A stretch of 64,000 nucleotides of DNA, taken from NCBI GenBank assembly GCA_022788105.1, contig JALEVZ010000053.1, positions 36,858 through 100,857 on the forward strand. Direction: 5' to 3'. Under the pieces are notes generated by a model. The model was not told the DNA's origin. It did not search any database and was given only the letters and a program-made list of their open reading frames with translations. The position numbers and the translations under genes were made by a program. Source of the DNA: Prevotella sp. Lineage in GTDB: Bacteria; Bacteroidota; Bacteroidia; Bacteroidales; Bacteroidaceae. This document shows, in pieces, positions 9,012-19,238 of the stretch; position 1 is the stretch's first letter; every line of letters starts with the position of its first letter.

Positions 9012-9142
9012 AAAAGCGTCTAATTATTAACTGCTTGCAAAATTACCAATAATAATCCAAACGAACAAAATTATTGTTTTTATTTAACCCCCATCAGCAG
9101 CACCTCTCCTTACGACCAAACAATTGAATTTAATAAAAGCAA

Positions 9143-9175
9143 GGGCCGTCTCTGTCGTGGTGACAGGGGCGACCC
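9143..9175. terminator. GC-rich hairpin, possible terminator
   Basis: GGGcCGTCTCTGTC gtggt GACAGGGGCGaCCC. Confidence 0.45.
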
Positions 9176-9218
9176 AATTTGTTTCAGCACTTTTGCAGCG
9201 CCATTATCATTCTTTTAA

Positions 9219-9431
9219 TATTCCAAAGTCATGCTTTCTTCATTCCAAAGTCATGCTTTCTTCATTCCAAAGTCATGCTTTCTTCATTCCAAAGTCATGC
9301 TTTCTTCAATCCAAAATCATGATTCCTTCATTCCAAAATCATGATTCCTTCATTTCAAAGTCATGCTTTCTTCATTCCAAAGTCATGCTTTCTTCATTCC
9401 AAAGTCATGCTTTCTTCATTCCAAAGTCATG
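9219..9431. repeat. 22-bp tandem array, about 10 units of CATTCCAAAGTCATGCTTTCTT
   Basis: Units start at 9219, 9241, 9263…9417; two internal variants read AAAATCATGATTCC. Confidence 0.95.
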
Positions 9432-9446
9432 TCTTTTTCTTCAAAA

Positions 9447-11190
9447 TCAAATCATAAGACTCTTCAATATTCCTACACCCTTCTTCAAGGCGTTGCTTTT
9501 CTTTTTGCCTTTGTCGGCTTTATTGCGCACATTCTTCACCTTTTGTTTGGTGTTAGAGAAGCTTGGACCGCGCCAGCGCACGGGGTGCAGATATCTTGAT
9601 TCGAAATAGAGGTGCTGGCCAGTAAACTTGTCTTTCACCTCGGTAGAGCCGTTGTTGCCCTTCATGCGATATACCCACACACGGTCGTAGAAGCCAAGTG
9701 TAGAGTCGATGGGGCCAACGTTATTGGGCAAGGTAGATAGGGCGTCGTGGCGCGTGTAGTTGGTGATGAATTCTGCTTTGTCGTCGTCCGACACCGTCTG
9801 CGCCCATCCCGTGTGCTGCGTCATAGTAGCGCGCTCGGCAGTTGCCAGCGCCAGCTCAATAGAACAGGGGGCGTTGGGGGCGAGAGTGGTCTTGGTCACG
9901 GGGTCGATAAGCTCTAATGCCTCCATAAACGCCATCGGTTCCTTTGCCCATTCCTTGAGTTGAGGGCTGTCGCTATAGGCTGCGAGGTTAGAGTTGTAGT
10001 CGGTATAGGTGTACTTCGAGTTCTGCTCAATGTAGCGCATGGCACGATAGATGAGCGTTCCCATCTCCTGACGCGTCATGGCGGCAGTCATGTCGGGATT
10101 GCCATCGGCAATGTCGGCAAAGAGATTAAGCTTCTCTTCATCGGCCTCTTTGCCCGTCATCTCCTTTATCAGCTTCATTGCTATCGATGCAACCTGCTGG
10201 CGTGTGGCGGTAACGGTGTAGTCGTTGCCCAACAGCTGCTCGTCAATGAGGTTGTCAACAAGGGCGCGATTCACCTCATCTTCTGTCCAAAGGCTCTTTT
10301 TCACGGTGCTACGGGCGGCAGCGTAAACATGCCGGGCTGAGGCGTTGTTGTCAACTTGGCATTGTCTTCGCGCATGTTCAGCTGAGCCTCCATGTGTTTA
10401 CGGAATAAAGCCAGTGACCCGTCAACACCAGCCATGCGGCGGTGCTTCTCGGTAAGATGGCGCTGCTCATAGTTGTAAGACATGCCGCACCAGATGCAGC
10501 TCTGCCAGTAGATATGCTCGCCAGCGGCATTGGTGCCCACATAAGCCTGGTCTGTAGCAAGGTTGGCTTCAAAGAAATGAACGCCCGGCGTGTACGACTC
10601 GCCTCTTCCTGTTTCATGAACTGGAAGGTGTGTTTGGGGTTACACTCACACTGTCCGCATATGCTGCACGAATAATACACCTTCGGGTTTTGCGTACAAG
10701 TGTAATACTGCACTTGTCGGTCGGCAGTGCATATCTTAGCCACAAAGTTGTGCTTGCGGCATGGATTCTTAGTAGCCTTCAGTCCAGCCTTCTGTGCTTC
10801 TGCCACATTGCCAGTATAGGTTCTTACGGTGTAGGGCGGGAACTTGGCATGACGCGCCATCAACGCTCTTACAGCTTCGCCCTGCTTGGCTGGCACACAC
10901 AGCGTGGCATCGCCCGCAAGGGACATGGTGCTATGATAATAATAATAGCTGTCGGGCCATATGGGGTTCTTCATGCCATCGTTCAGCACGCGCATAAACG
11001 TCACAGCATCTACTTTGTCGCTGAGCCACACCTCCTTCAAGAAATAGTAGCCACTGCCATAATTGCTCAGCCGGTCGGCAAAGTCTTTATAAATATCCTC
11101 GTTGCTGGTATCGACCATAACCTTTCTAAGGAACACACGGTTGGGACCTTCAAACTGTGACAGCGGGTTGTCGGTGTCCGAAATGGTCAT
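9447..11190 (-). pseudogene. Frameshifted gene with Cys/His-rich repeats and C-terminal SLH-like domains
   Basis: Three co-linear frames joined by shifts near 10600 and 10315; YYSCSICG and YWQSCIWCG repeats; SLW…EV…A, TRQ and D…WAK SLH-like motifs. Confidence 0.7.
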
Positions 11191-11197
11191 TTGTACA

Positions 11198-11433
11198 GAA
11201 GAAGAAAAAACGGGAAGTGGAAGAAGAAAAAACGGGGAAAAGATGATAAAAAGGCAGGAAGCAAAAGACGAAAAGGCAGGAGACAAAAGACGAAAAGGCA
11301 GGAAACAAAAGACGAAAAGGCAGGAACCAAAAGACGAAAAGGCAGGAACCAAAAGATAAAAAAACAGGAAGCAAAAGGCGAAAAGGCAGGAAACAAAAGA
11401 CGAAAAGACAGGAAGCAAAAGACGAAAAGGCAG
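11198..11433. repeat. 22-bp tandem array, 10-11 units of AAAAGACGAAAAGGCAGGAA(A/G/C)C
   Basis: Visible period of 22, degenerating toward 11198. Confidence 0.95.
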
Positions 11434-11500
11434 AGTCTACCTGCCATTACAGCCCTTTGACAACACCAAAGAGTTGTAATGGCAAAGCCACTCTGCCTTT
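11426..11500 (-). terminator. Long hairpin terminator after the GNAT/C-N hydrolase gene
   Basis: AAAGGCAGAGT…TGCCATTACA…TGTAATGGCA…ACTCTGCCTTT. Confidence 0.65.
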
Positions 11501-11519
11501 ATCAGATGCTAAAACAACA

Positions 11520-13055
11520 TTATCCCTTCTTCATGCGCAGCTCGTAGAGGTCGCTACGGCGGTCGCGTAGGTTGCGCACACTGCCGTAGGTGTGAAGTTC
11601 ATTGAGCAGTGTGAGGTCGCAGTCGGCAACGAGAATCTGCTCCGTGCCGGGTGTCGCCATGGCGCGTTTGCCATCTGTCGGGAACGCGAAGTCGCATGGT
11701 GTGAACACCGCCGACTGCGCATACTGTATGTCCATGTTATGTACACGCGGCAAGTTGCCCACGCTTCCAGCAATAGCAACATAGCACTCGTTCTCCACGG
11801 CACGTGCTTGTGCACACACCTTGACACGTGCATAAGCGTTCTGTGTGTCAGTGTTGAACGGCACAAAGAGAATCTGCATGCCGTCTTCCGCCATGAGTCG
11901 CGACAGCTCCGGGAACTCCACGTCGTAGCATATCAGCACACCTATGCGTCCACAGTCCGTGTCAAAGGTCTGCACGCGGTTGCCCTTGCTCAGTCCCCAG
12001 CTCTTCTGCTCGTCGGGTGTGACATGTATTTTCTCGTACATGTCCACCGAACCGTCGCGTCGGCACAAGAAACCGACGTTGTAAAGTCCACCATCTTCCT
12101 TCACATACGGCATCGAACCCGTTATGATGTTGATGTTATAGCTGATAGCAAGTTCGACAAATCTGTCGCGAATCTTCTCCGTATATTGCGCCAATCCGCG
12201 TATAGACTGCGCCTCACCCATATCGTTGAACTTAGACATAAGCGGCGCATTGAAATATTCCGGGAACAACACGAAGTCGCTCTTATAGTCGCTCACCGAG
12301 TCGACGAAGAACTCCACCTGTTCAAACAAGTCGTCAATGTCTTTGTAAGGACGCATCTGCCACTGCACAAGTCCTACGCGCACCGTCGGCCTTTTCTCCA
12401 CATACGAGTCTGTCGGCGGCTGATAGTAGATGTTATCCCACTGCAACAGCGTGGCGCAATGCTTCGATTCCTCGTCGTTGGGGAGATAGTTGCGTATGAC
12501 ACGACGCACGTGGAAGTCGTTAGATAGCTGGAACGTGAGCACTGGGTCGTATATCTCGCGCGACCTCACCTTCTCTATATACTCCTTCGGACGCATGGTG
12601 TCGGCGTACTTATAGTAGTTTGGTATTCGTCCACCGAACATGATGGCCTTGAGATTGAGCTTCTCACACAACTCCTTACGATACTCGTACATGCGTCGTC
12701 CGAGTCGCAGGCCGCGGTAGTCGGGGTGGATGAACACCTCTATACCATATAATATATTGCCGTTAGGCTTATGCGTGTTAAAAGTTTCGTTACCCGTCAC
12801 CTTAGCATAGGTATGGTCGCCCTTCACCGAGTTATAGTCTACGATGATGCTAAGAGCACATCCCACAATCTTGTCGTCTACCACTATCACCACCTGTCCT
12901 TCCGGGAAGATGGTTATAAGCTTCTTAATCTGGGCGTGAGTCCAGAACACATCATGGTCGGCATAGATTCGCTTAAACGATCCTGCCAGCTGATCGTAGT
13001 CCTCCATCCGGAGGTTGCGCAGCTCCACCTTGTTTATTTTTAAATTAGATTCCAT
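11520..13055 (-). CDS. Bifunctional GNAT N-acetyltransferase / carbon-nitrogen hydrolase
   Basis: HPDYRGLRLG (GNAT); FPE, EKIH and ICYDVEFPE nitrilase-type triad. Confidence 0.92.
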   Translation of the reverse strand: MESNLKINKVELRNLRMEDYDQLAGSFKRIYADHDVFWTHAQIKKLITIFPEGQVVIVVDDKIVGCALSIIVDYNSVKGDHTYAKVTGNETFNTHKPNGNILYGIEVFIHPDYRGLRLGRRMYEYRKELCEKLNLKAIMFGGRIPNYYKYADTMRPKEYIEKVRSREIYDPVLTFQLSNDFHVRRVIRNYLPNDEESKHCATLLQWDNIYYQPPTDSYVEKRPTVRVGLVQWQMRPYKDIDDLFEQVEFFVDSVSDYKSDFVLFPEYFNAPLMSKFNDMGEAQSIRGLAQYTEKIRDRFVELAISYNINIITGSMPYVKEDGGLYNVGFLCRRDGSVDMYEKIHVTPDEQKSWGLSKGNRVQTFDTDCGRIGVLICYDVEFPELSRLMAEDGMQILFVPFNTDTQNAYARVKVCAQARAVENECYVAIAGSVGNLPRVHNMDIQYAQSAVFTPCDFAFPTDGKRAMATPGTEQILVADCDLTLLNELHTYGSVRNLRDRRSDLYELRMKKG

Positions 13056-13189
13056 AAAACAAAAAACATTTGTTGTCCTTATTCAAAATGCAAAGCTAAC
13101 AAAAATAATCTTTACACCAATAGATTATGCGCAATTTATACGCCACACCGACAATTTACTGATATATAATGTGTTTTGCAAACAAATAA

Positions 13190-13224
13190 AAAAACGGCGA
13201 CGAAGGAACCACCCTTCGCCGCCG
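13190..13224 (-). terminator. Terminator after the kinase-TonB gene
   Basis: CGGCGACGAAGG…CCTTCGCCGCCG preceded by an A-tract. Confidence 0.65.
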
Positions 13225-13247
13225 AATTAGGCACGCGCCCCACTACC

Positions 13248-14993
13248 CTACTGAAGCTTAAAGGTCACAGGCAGCAAGTATCGTGAGCGCACAGCATCTC
13301 CATTTCTCTTGCCAGGAATCCATTTCGGCATGCCACGCACCAGACGCAAAGCCTCCTTGTCGAGCATCGGGTCTACGGAACGGGCAAGAGTGATGTTTGA
13401 CAAACTACCGTCCTTCTCCACAGTAAAGATCACAATCACACGACCCTGAACTTCGTTTTCACGCGCCGCGGCAGGATAGTGAAGATTGTTACTCAAATAT
13501 TCATAAAGCGCAGGGGTACCACCCGGGAATTCAGGTTGCTGTTCAAAAATATCATGCACCTTATTGTTGCTTGCCGACGGCTTACTTTCAGGCTGCGTGG
13601 CATGTGTCGCAGAACTTGCAGTAGATGTTGCTGCGGTTGCCGACGGCTTCGTGGGCTGTGCCGACGGTACAGGCTTGACAGGCTGCTGCGCTGCCGACTG
13701 CTGCGCCGTCTCCTCCTTTTGAGGTGCAGAGACAGGCTTGTTGTCCTGCTCCTGATTCTGCTCCACGACGTCAGGCTCATCAGCAGACGTAGCTACACTG
13801 TCTGCCACCCCTGTGCTCTCGGGCTGCACGGCGGCAGCGGTGTCACCCTTAGAGCTAAACAAGAACATGCCTACGACAAGTCCCACTACCAACGCTACAA
13901 TGACACAGAGCACCTTGTTGCGCATCAACCAGCTCTCCTCTTCTTCGCCGTCGTCCTGCACGTCGCCGCCATCGCCGCCGGTTCCGTTCCCTGGCACGTC
14001 CACGTCGTCAAACCGAGTGCCCTCCTCGCTACGCGCCGACGCACCGCCTGTCTTGCTCGCGCCATGCACAGGAGTCCGCTTCGTCAAGCAGTCGACAAAC
14101 TCATCCACCGTCTGCCAGCGGTCCTTCTTCATCGGAGACATGGCTTTGGCTATACACTCAACGGTCTGTTCGGGTATGCCAAGCTGTAGCAGGCTGTCTG
14201 CCGGAAATCCGTCGTTCAGTATTTCGGAGGCGTCGGGCGGCCGTTGGCCCGTCAACATCTTGTACATCGTGCCGCCGAGAGCATAGACATCCATCATCGT
14301 AGGGAAGTCTTTGCCGTCGCGGAAGCTCGCCTGTTCCAACGGGGCGTAGCCCGGTGTGCCAGCGCCCACCTTTGTGCTCGACTCAGGCTCGCCGCCCTGC
14401 GTGTACTGCTTCGACAGTCCGAAGTCGATGAGCACGGGCGTGCCGTCACCCCTCATCATCACGTTTCCGGGTTTCACGTCGAGGTGTAGCATCTGCTTAG
14501 AGTGCATAAACGCTAAGGCGGCACCTATCTGTTTCACCGTGGCGATGGCTTTGGCAAGAGACAGGCGACCCTGCGGCGACTTCGCGATAAGGTCGTCGAG
14601 GCTCATGCCGTCGACATATTCCATAGCGTAGTAGGTCGTGCCGTTGGCACAAAACGCCTCGAGTACCTTCACGATGTTGGGGTGATGTAGCTGACTGAGG
14701 TTGCGCGCCTCACGCTCGAACTTGCCGCGATAGTACTGAAACAGTCCGCCACTGTCGGTCGTGCCGCTTGTCACGGTGCTGTTCTCGCGGCCGTTCACCT
14801 CTTTCATAAAAAACTCCTTCACAGCCACATACATGTTGCTGTCGAGGTGTCCGAGCGCGCCTTTCATCTCCACCTTTGCCTTATAGGTGATGCCGAAGGT
14901 GCCCTGTCCGAGCACTTTCATTATCTTGTAGTCGTAAGCCTCGCCGTGCAGAATGGTGTCTGGGGCGAGGGCTTGTGTCCTGTTATTGTCCAT
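13248..14993 (-). CDS. Ser/Thr protein kinase - TM - TonB C-terminal domain fusion
   Basis: GQGTFG, VAVKE, HLDVKPGN, DFG, GTPGYAP; TM; YPAAA…QGRVIVIFTVEKDG…PVTFKL (TonB_C). Confidence 0.9.
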   Translation of the reverse strand: MDNNRTQALAPDTILHGEAYDYKIMKVLGQGTFGITYKAKVEMKGALGHLDSNMYVAVKEFFMKEVNGRENSTVTSGTTDSGGLFQYYRGKFEREARNLSQLHHPNIVKVLEAFCANGTTYYAMEYVDGMSLDDLIAKSPQGRLSLAKAIATVKQIGAALAFMHSKQMLHLDVKPGNVMMRGDGTPVLIDFGLSKQYTQGGEPESSTKVGAGTPGYAPLEQASFRDGKDFPTMMDVYALGGTMYKMLTGQRPPDASEILNDGFPADSLLQLGIPEQTVECIAKAMSPMKKDRWQTVDEFVDCLTKRTPVHGASKTGGASARSEEGTRFDDVDVPGNGTGGDGGDVQDDGEEEESWLMRNKVLCVIVALVVGLVVGMFLFSSKGDTAAAVQPESTGVADSVATSADEPDVVEQNQEQDNKPVSAPQKEETAQQSAAQQPVKPVPSAQPTKPSATAATSTASSATHATQPESKPSASNNKVHDIFEQQPEFPGGTPALYEYLSNNLHYPAAARENEVQGRVIVIFTVEKDGSLSNITLARSVDPMLDKEALRLVRGMPKWIPGKRNGDAVRSRYLLPVTFKLQ

Positions 14994-15321
14994 AACGATG
15001 TGTTATATTTGGTTAATAATGTTGTTTGTTGTCTAATTGGTAATACCTGGCTTTACGGTTAAGTCACAATTGTTTACGCCTCAAAATTACAAATAATTAT
15101 TTTATTCTGCAAATCCTTATTTACAGTTCTTTCACACAAATGTCGCCGATTTGTGATTAAACATCTCCACGCGGTGCTTAAACGGTATAAAATCGTGCTT
15201 AAAATTTTATCAAGACAACACTGGCAGACATCGAAAACGCGCCCACGACACCCCTCTGCCGCGACGAAAACGATGCATCGCAGAAAGCGCTACACACCCC
15301 TCCGTTTCCGACTACTGCCGT

Positions 15322-15486
15322 TTGACAAAATGATAGTGCCCTTTTGGGCGTGTCAAAGGGGCCTAATGAGCTTGTCACTACGGCCCTTTGAGCGTGTCAT
15401 TTGGGCCTAATGGGAAATCCGCGAGGCTTTTAACAGACGTTAAGAATTGGCGTCAGATTTTACCTCCATATTGTAGCAAAATGTCA
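15322..15486 (-). repeat. 165-bp dispersed element, copy 2 (inverted)
   Basis: TTGACAAAATGATAG…TTAAC-agac-GTTAAGAATTGGCG…ATGTCA. Confidence 0.9.
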
Positions 15487-15729
15487 GCAAAACCCACATG
15501 AGAGCTATCATTGTGTCATTCGCGGTTTTCAACAATATCGGGCGGTGGTGTCACGTCGCCATCGCCACTTGCAGACGAGGCCGTCGCCCCGTGTAAAAAC
15601 GGCATAAAAAGACAGCGCCCTACAAGGGCAACGGCAGCACAGCGCAAGTCGCTGAACACAAATACCGTTGTCCCTGTAGGGCGCATTGTTTTATCTTTTG
15701 TTTTACTCCGCCCGTCGGCGGTCAAACGT

Positions 15730-16629
15730 TTACACCAGATGTGCAATGAGAGTCTCACGGTCTCCGGCGAGCATGTCGATGACCGGAAGCTCTATCATGG
15801 TGTAGCAGCCAGGCTGCTGACGCATGGAGGCGCGTGCCACATTTACCAACACCTGTGCTGTGAGGGCAGGGTTGTTGATGCTCATATTGAACTCCAGACG
15901 CTGGTTCTGGGTTTTGCCACTGACGCCTTTGCGCACGAGGTTGACGCCATGTCCCATGTCGCGCACCTCGTCGACAGAGGGCACAGCAAACACATGGGTC
16001 TCGTCGTTGGCGAAATAGGGGTCTGCCTTGATGGCGGCAGCCACGTCTTCGAGCTTTGCTCCGTCTTCCAACTCTACGTAAACCATGCGGCGGTGCAAGC
16101 CCTCGCCCTTAGGTATGGTCATAGAGAGTGCGTTCTTCACGCCGTCTTTTGAACGTGCGCACACGCTGTGGCCCATCGACATGCCTGGTCCGAAGTTGGT
16201 GTAGGTCAGTCCCTTAGGAGTCAGGCTCTGCATGAGCGAGCGCACGATGCTGTCTGAACCGGGGTCCCATCCTGCCGAAATCACTGCCACGGCGCCGTGT
16301 TCCTTACATATTGGCTGCAGGGTGCGGCGGTAGTCCACGATGGAGGTGTGTATGTCGAAGCTGTCGACGGTGTTGATGCCGAGGGGCAGTATCTGCTTGG
16401 CATATTCCTCACACGACCGCGAGGGTGTGGCAAGTATGGCTACATCGACGTCGTTCAGGTCGCGTATGTCCTTCACCACGTCATACTGTGCCAGCTCTGC
16501 CGGCTTGTTGTCTGCACCGTGGCGGCGCACCACGCCTGCCACCTCAAAATCGTCGGCTGCCTCAAGTGCCTCTATGGCGTAGCGACCGATATTGCCGTAG
16601 CCTACTACGGCGGCTCTTATTTTTTTCAT
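15730..16629 (-). CDS. ddh: meso-diaminopimelate D-dehydrogenase
   Basis: GYGNIG, VDSFDIH, GWDPG, TYTNFGPGMSMGHS. Confidence 0.93.
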   Translation of the reverse strand: MKKIRAAVVGYGNIGRYAIEALEAADDFEVAGVVRRHGADNKPAELAQYDVVKDIRDLNDVDVAILATPSRSCEEYAKQILPLGINTVDSFDIHTSIVDYRRTLQPICKEHGAVAVISAGWDPGSDSIVRSLMQSLTPKGLTYTNFGPGMSMGHSVCARSKDGVKNALSMTIPKGEGLHRRMVYVELEDGAKLEDVAAAIKADPYFANDETHVFAVPSVDEVRDMGHGVNLVRKGVSGKTQNQRLEFNMSINNPALTAQVLVNVARASMRQQPGCYTMIELPVIDMLAGDRETLIAHLV

Positions 16630-16917
16630 AGTCGTTGTGTTGTTGTTGTCGTTTTCTTTTATTGTCGTTGCAAAACTATTGCGGGTGCAAATTTACATCA
16701 TTCTCGCGAGATTACGACCGCAACCGCATTTTTTATATTTTTTAAACTAATGAAAGTAACAATCTGTCAGTTTTATCGCCACAAACAGTAAAAGTCATGA
16801 CATGAAAGTTCGGTTTTTACGATTATTATGTGTAATTTTGTAAGTAGAAAGGGTTTGGAGTTTCTACACGACCCCATACTCCACAAGACTATCAACGACA
16901 CATAACACCACCACTCT

Positions 16918-18441
16918 ATGGAACTGATTATTGGCATAACAGCGCTGATGGCAGGCATCGTCGCTGGCACATTGATTGGCATGATGGGCCAAAAGGGCAG
17001 ACAACAGGCGCTGCAAACGCAGAACGACATGCTGCAACAGCAGCTCGCCGACGCTAAGAACGAGGCGCAGCGACAGCTCAACGATGCTAAGACTGAGAGC
17101 CAGCGACAGCTCGCCGAAGCTAAGGAGGAGGGTAAAAACCTGCTCACCGACGCGAAAAACGAGGCACAGCGACAGCTCGACAAGGCGAAAGAGGAAGCAC
17201 AGCGACAGCTCAACGACGCGAAAGAGGAGGCGCAGCGGCAGCTCGACAAGGCGCTGAAGGACAAGGACGAAGCATGGAAAAAGGTGCTCGACAGCCAGGA
17301 GAGCAGATTCAACGAGACGCTCAACCGCATGACGGAGCAGATGAAAAACGCTACCAACGACATGCTGAAAGAGCGACAGAAGGAGTTTGCCGACTCCAGC
17401 AACGAACAGCTTGGACTCATTGTCACACCGCTGCGCGAGACCATAGACAAGATGAAGCTCACCATGAGCGACACCACGCTGAAGCAGACGGAGATGAGCA
17501 GCGCGCTGAAGCAGAACATAGAGATGGCGATGCGACAGTCTATGGCGGCGAAACAGAGTGCCGACGAGCTGGCGAGGGCACTGAAGCACGGCAGCAAAGT
17601 GCAGGGCGACTGGGGCGAGACGGTGCTCGACGAGCTGCTCACGGCGCAGGGGCTGCAACGTGGCATACACTACGACACGCAGGCTGTCATACGCGACGGG
17701 CACGGCAACGCCATACATACCGACGAGGGCGGCACACTGCGTCCCGACGTCATACTGCACCTTGACCAGCGCCGCGAGGTGATAATAGACTCTAAGGTGT
17801 CGCTGACGGCATTCATGGACTATGCCAACGCCGACAACGAGACAGACCGCCAACGCTATCTGAAGGCTCATATCGACAGTCTACAGAAGCACGTGAAGGA
17901 GCTGTCGGAGAAGGACTACTCGTCGTATGTGCTGCCGCCGAAGGTGCGCATGGACTACGTCATAATGTTCGTGCCACACACTGGAGCGCTATGGACGGCT
18001 CTCAACGCGCAGCCAGACATGTGGCGCAAGGCTATGGAGAAGGGTGTGTTCATTGCCGATGAGCAGACGCTCTTCGCCGCATTGCGCATCATCAACATGA
18101 CGTGGACACAGATTAGACAGGCAGAAAACCACGAGGAGGTGTACCGACTCGCCAACGAAATGATTGACCGCGTGGGGCAGTTTGTGAAGAAGTTCAACGC
18201 CATAGGCAAGGCGCTGAAGTCTGCTGGCACCGCCTTTGAAGACGCAGAGCGTAAGCTTCAGCCCAGCGGGCAAAGCATTCTGCTTACTTGCGCCAAGCTA
18301 CAGAAGCTCGGTGCGAAGCAGAGTGAGAAGAATCCGCTGCCGCAAATCATCGACCTCGACGACATTCCTGCCCTCGAAGAAGGCACGACAGATAGCGACG
18401 ACAATGCCACAACAAATAGCGACGACAATGCCACGACATGA
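16918..18441 (+). CDS. rmuC: DNA recombination protein RmuC with an expanded 11-aa-repeat coiled coil
   Basis: N-terminal TM; QGDWGE, RPDV, IIDSKVSL, DYVIMFVP. Confidence 0.92.
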   Translation: MELIIGITALMAGIVAGTLIGMMGQKGRQQALQTQNDMLQQQLADAKNEAQRQLNDAKTESQRQLAEAKEEGKNLLTDAKNEAQRQLDKAKEEAQRQLNDAKEEAQRQLDKALKDKDEAWKKVLDSQESRFNETLNRMTEQMKNATNDMLKERQKEFADSSNEQLGLIVTPLRETIDKMKLTMSDTTLKQTEMSSALKQNIEMAMRQSMAAKQSADELARALKHGSKVQGDWGETVLDELLTAQGLQRGIHYDTQAVIRDGHGNAIHTDEGGTLRPDVILHLDQRREVIIDSKVSLTAFMDYANADNETDRQRYLKAHIDSLQKHVKELSEKDYSSYVLPPKVRMDYVIMFVPHTGALWTALNAQPDMWRKAMEKGVFIADEQTLFAALRIINMTWTQIRQAENHEEVYRLANEMIDRVGQFVKKFNAIGKALKSAGTAFEDAERKLQPSGQSILLTCAKLQKLGAKQSEKNPLPQIIDLDDIPALEEGTTDSDDNATTNSDDNATT

Positions 18442-18492
18442 CTATCGATGAAAACATAGCATAAAATTAGGTGACGAATATACTAAAATGAG

Positions 18493-18526
18493 ATTGGACA
18501 CGTTATTATATTATGGCGTGTCCAAT
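18493..18526. terminator. Inverted repeat between rmuC and ruvA
   Basis: ATTGGACACG…CGTGTCCAAT. Confidence 0.55.
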
Positions 18527-18579
18527 ACTTTGTTTACAGGGGTATGGACATATTGCCGAATGCATAACAATAAAACACA

Positions 18580-19197
18580 ATGATTGACTACATAAAGGGC
18601 GAACTCGCAGAAATCACACCAGCCATGGCCGTTGTAGAAGCGGCAGGCGTGGGCTATGCGCTCAACATTTCGCTAAACACATACACTGCCATTCAAGGCA
18701 ATAAGGAAGTGAAACTCTATGTGCATGAGTCGCTCATCACTGGCGGACGCGACGACTCGTACACTTTCTTCGGATTTGCATCGAAACAGGAACGCGAACT
18801 CTACCGACTGCTCATCAGCGTGTCGGGAGTGGGTGCCAACACGGCTCGCATGATATTGTCGTCGGCAGCGCCAGCAGAGCTGTCCAACGCCATCGCGTCG
18901 GGCAATGAGCGTCTGCTCAAAGGCGTCAAGGGCATCGGCCTGAAGACTGCACAGCGCATCATTGTAGACCTTAAAGACAAGGTGCTCGCACTCGGCATAG
19001 CACAAGAGGTGACGGTCGGCGACGGCAGCAGCACCGTTGTGGTGAACAACGAGGTGACCGACGAAGCGGTTTCGGCACTCACCATGCTCGGCTTCTCTCC
19101 TGCCCCATCGGCAAAGGTGGTGAAAGCCATTCTTACTGAAAGCCCCGACATGCCAGTGGAGATGGTGGTGAAGGAAGCTCTGAAAAGAATAAAATAG
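18580..19197 (+). CDS. ruvA: Holliday junction branch migration protein RuvA
   Basis: [33 protein letters not shown]. Confidence 0.97.
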   Translation: MIDYIKGELAEITPAMAVVEAAGVGYALNISLNTYTAIQGNKEVKLYVHESLITGGRDDSYTFFGFASKQERELYRLLISVSGVGANTARMILSSAAPAELSNAIASGNERLLKGVKGIGLKTAQRIIVDLKDKVLALGIAQEVTVGDGSSTVVVNNEVTDEAVSALTMLGFSPAPSAKVVKAILTESPDMPVEMVVKEALKRIK

Positions 19198-19238
19198 ACG
19201 CCACCACATTAGTTTATTCGCCATTGCGGAATCTGAAG

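Noticed and set aside
9219-9431. 22-bp arrays as CRISPR or guide-RNA arrays
   Set aside because: The units are head-to-tail with no unique spacers, and no adjacent effector gene is evident.
9124-9609. ORFs 9124..9609 and 9363..9599
   Set aside because: They are translations of the stop-free 22-bp array cycling through three frames.
11102-11460. Low-complexity ORFs and the N-terminal extension of 10378..11418
   Set aside because: They derive from the 22-bp array; the plausible start is ATG 11190.
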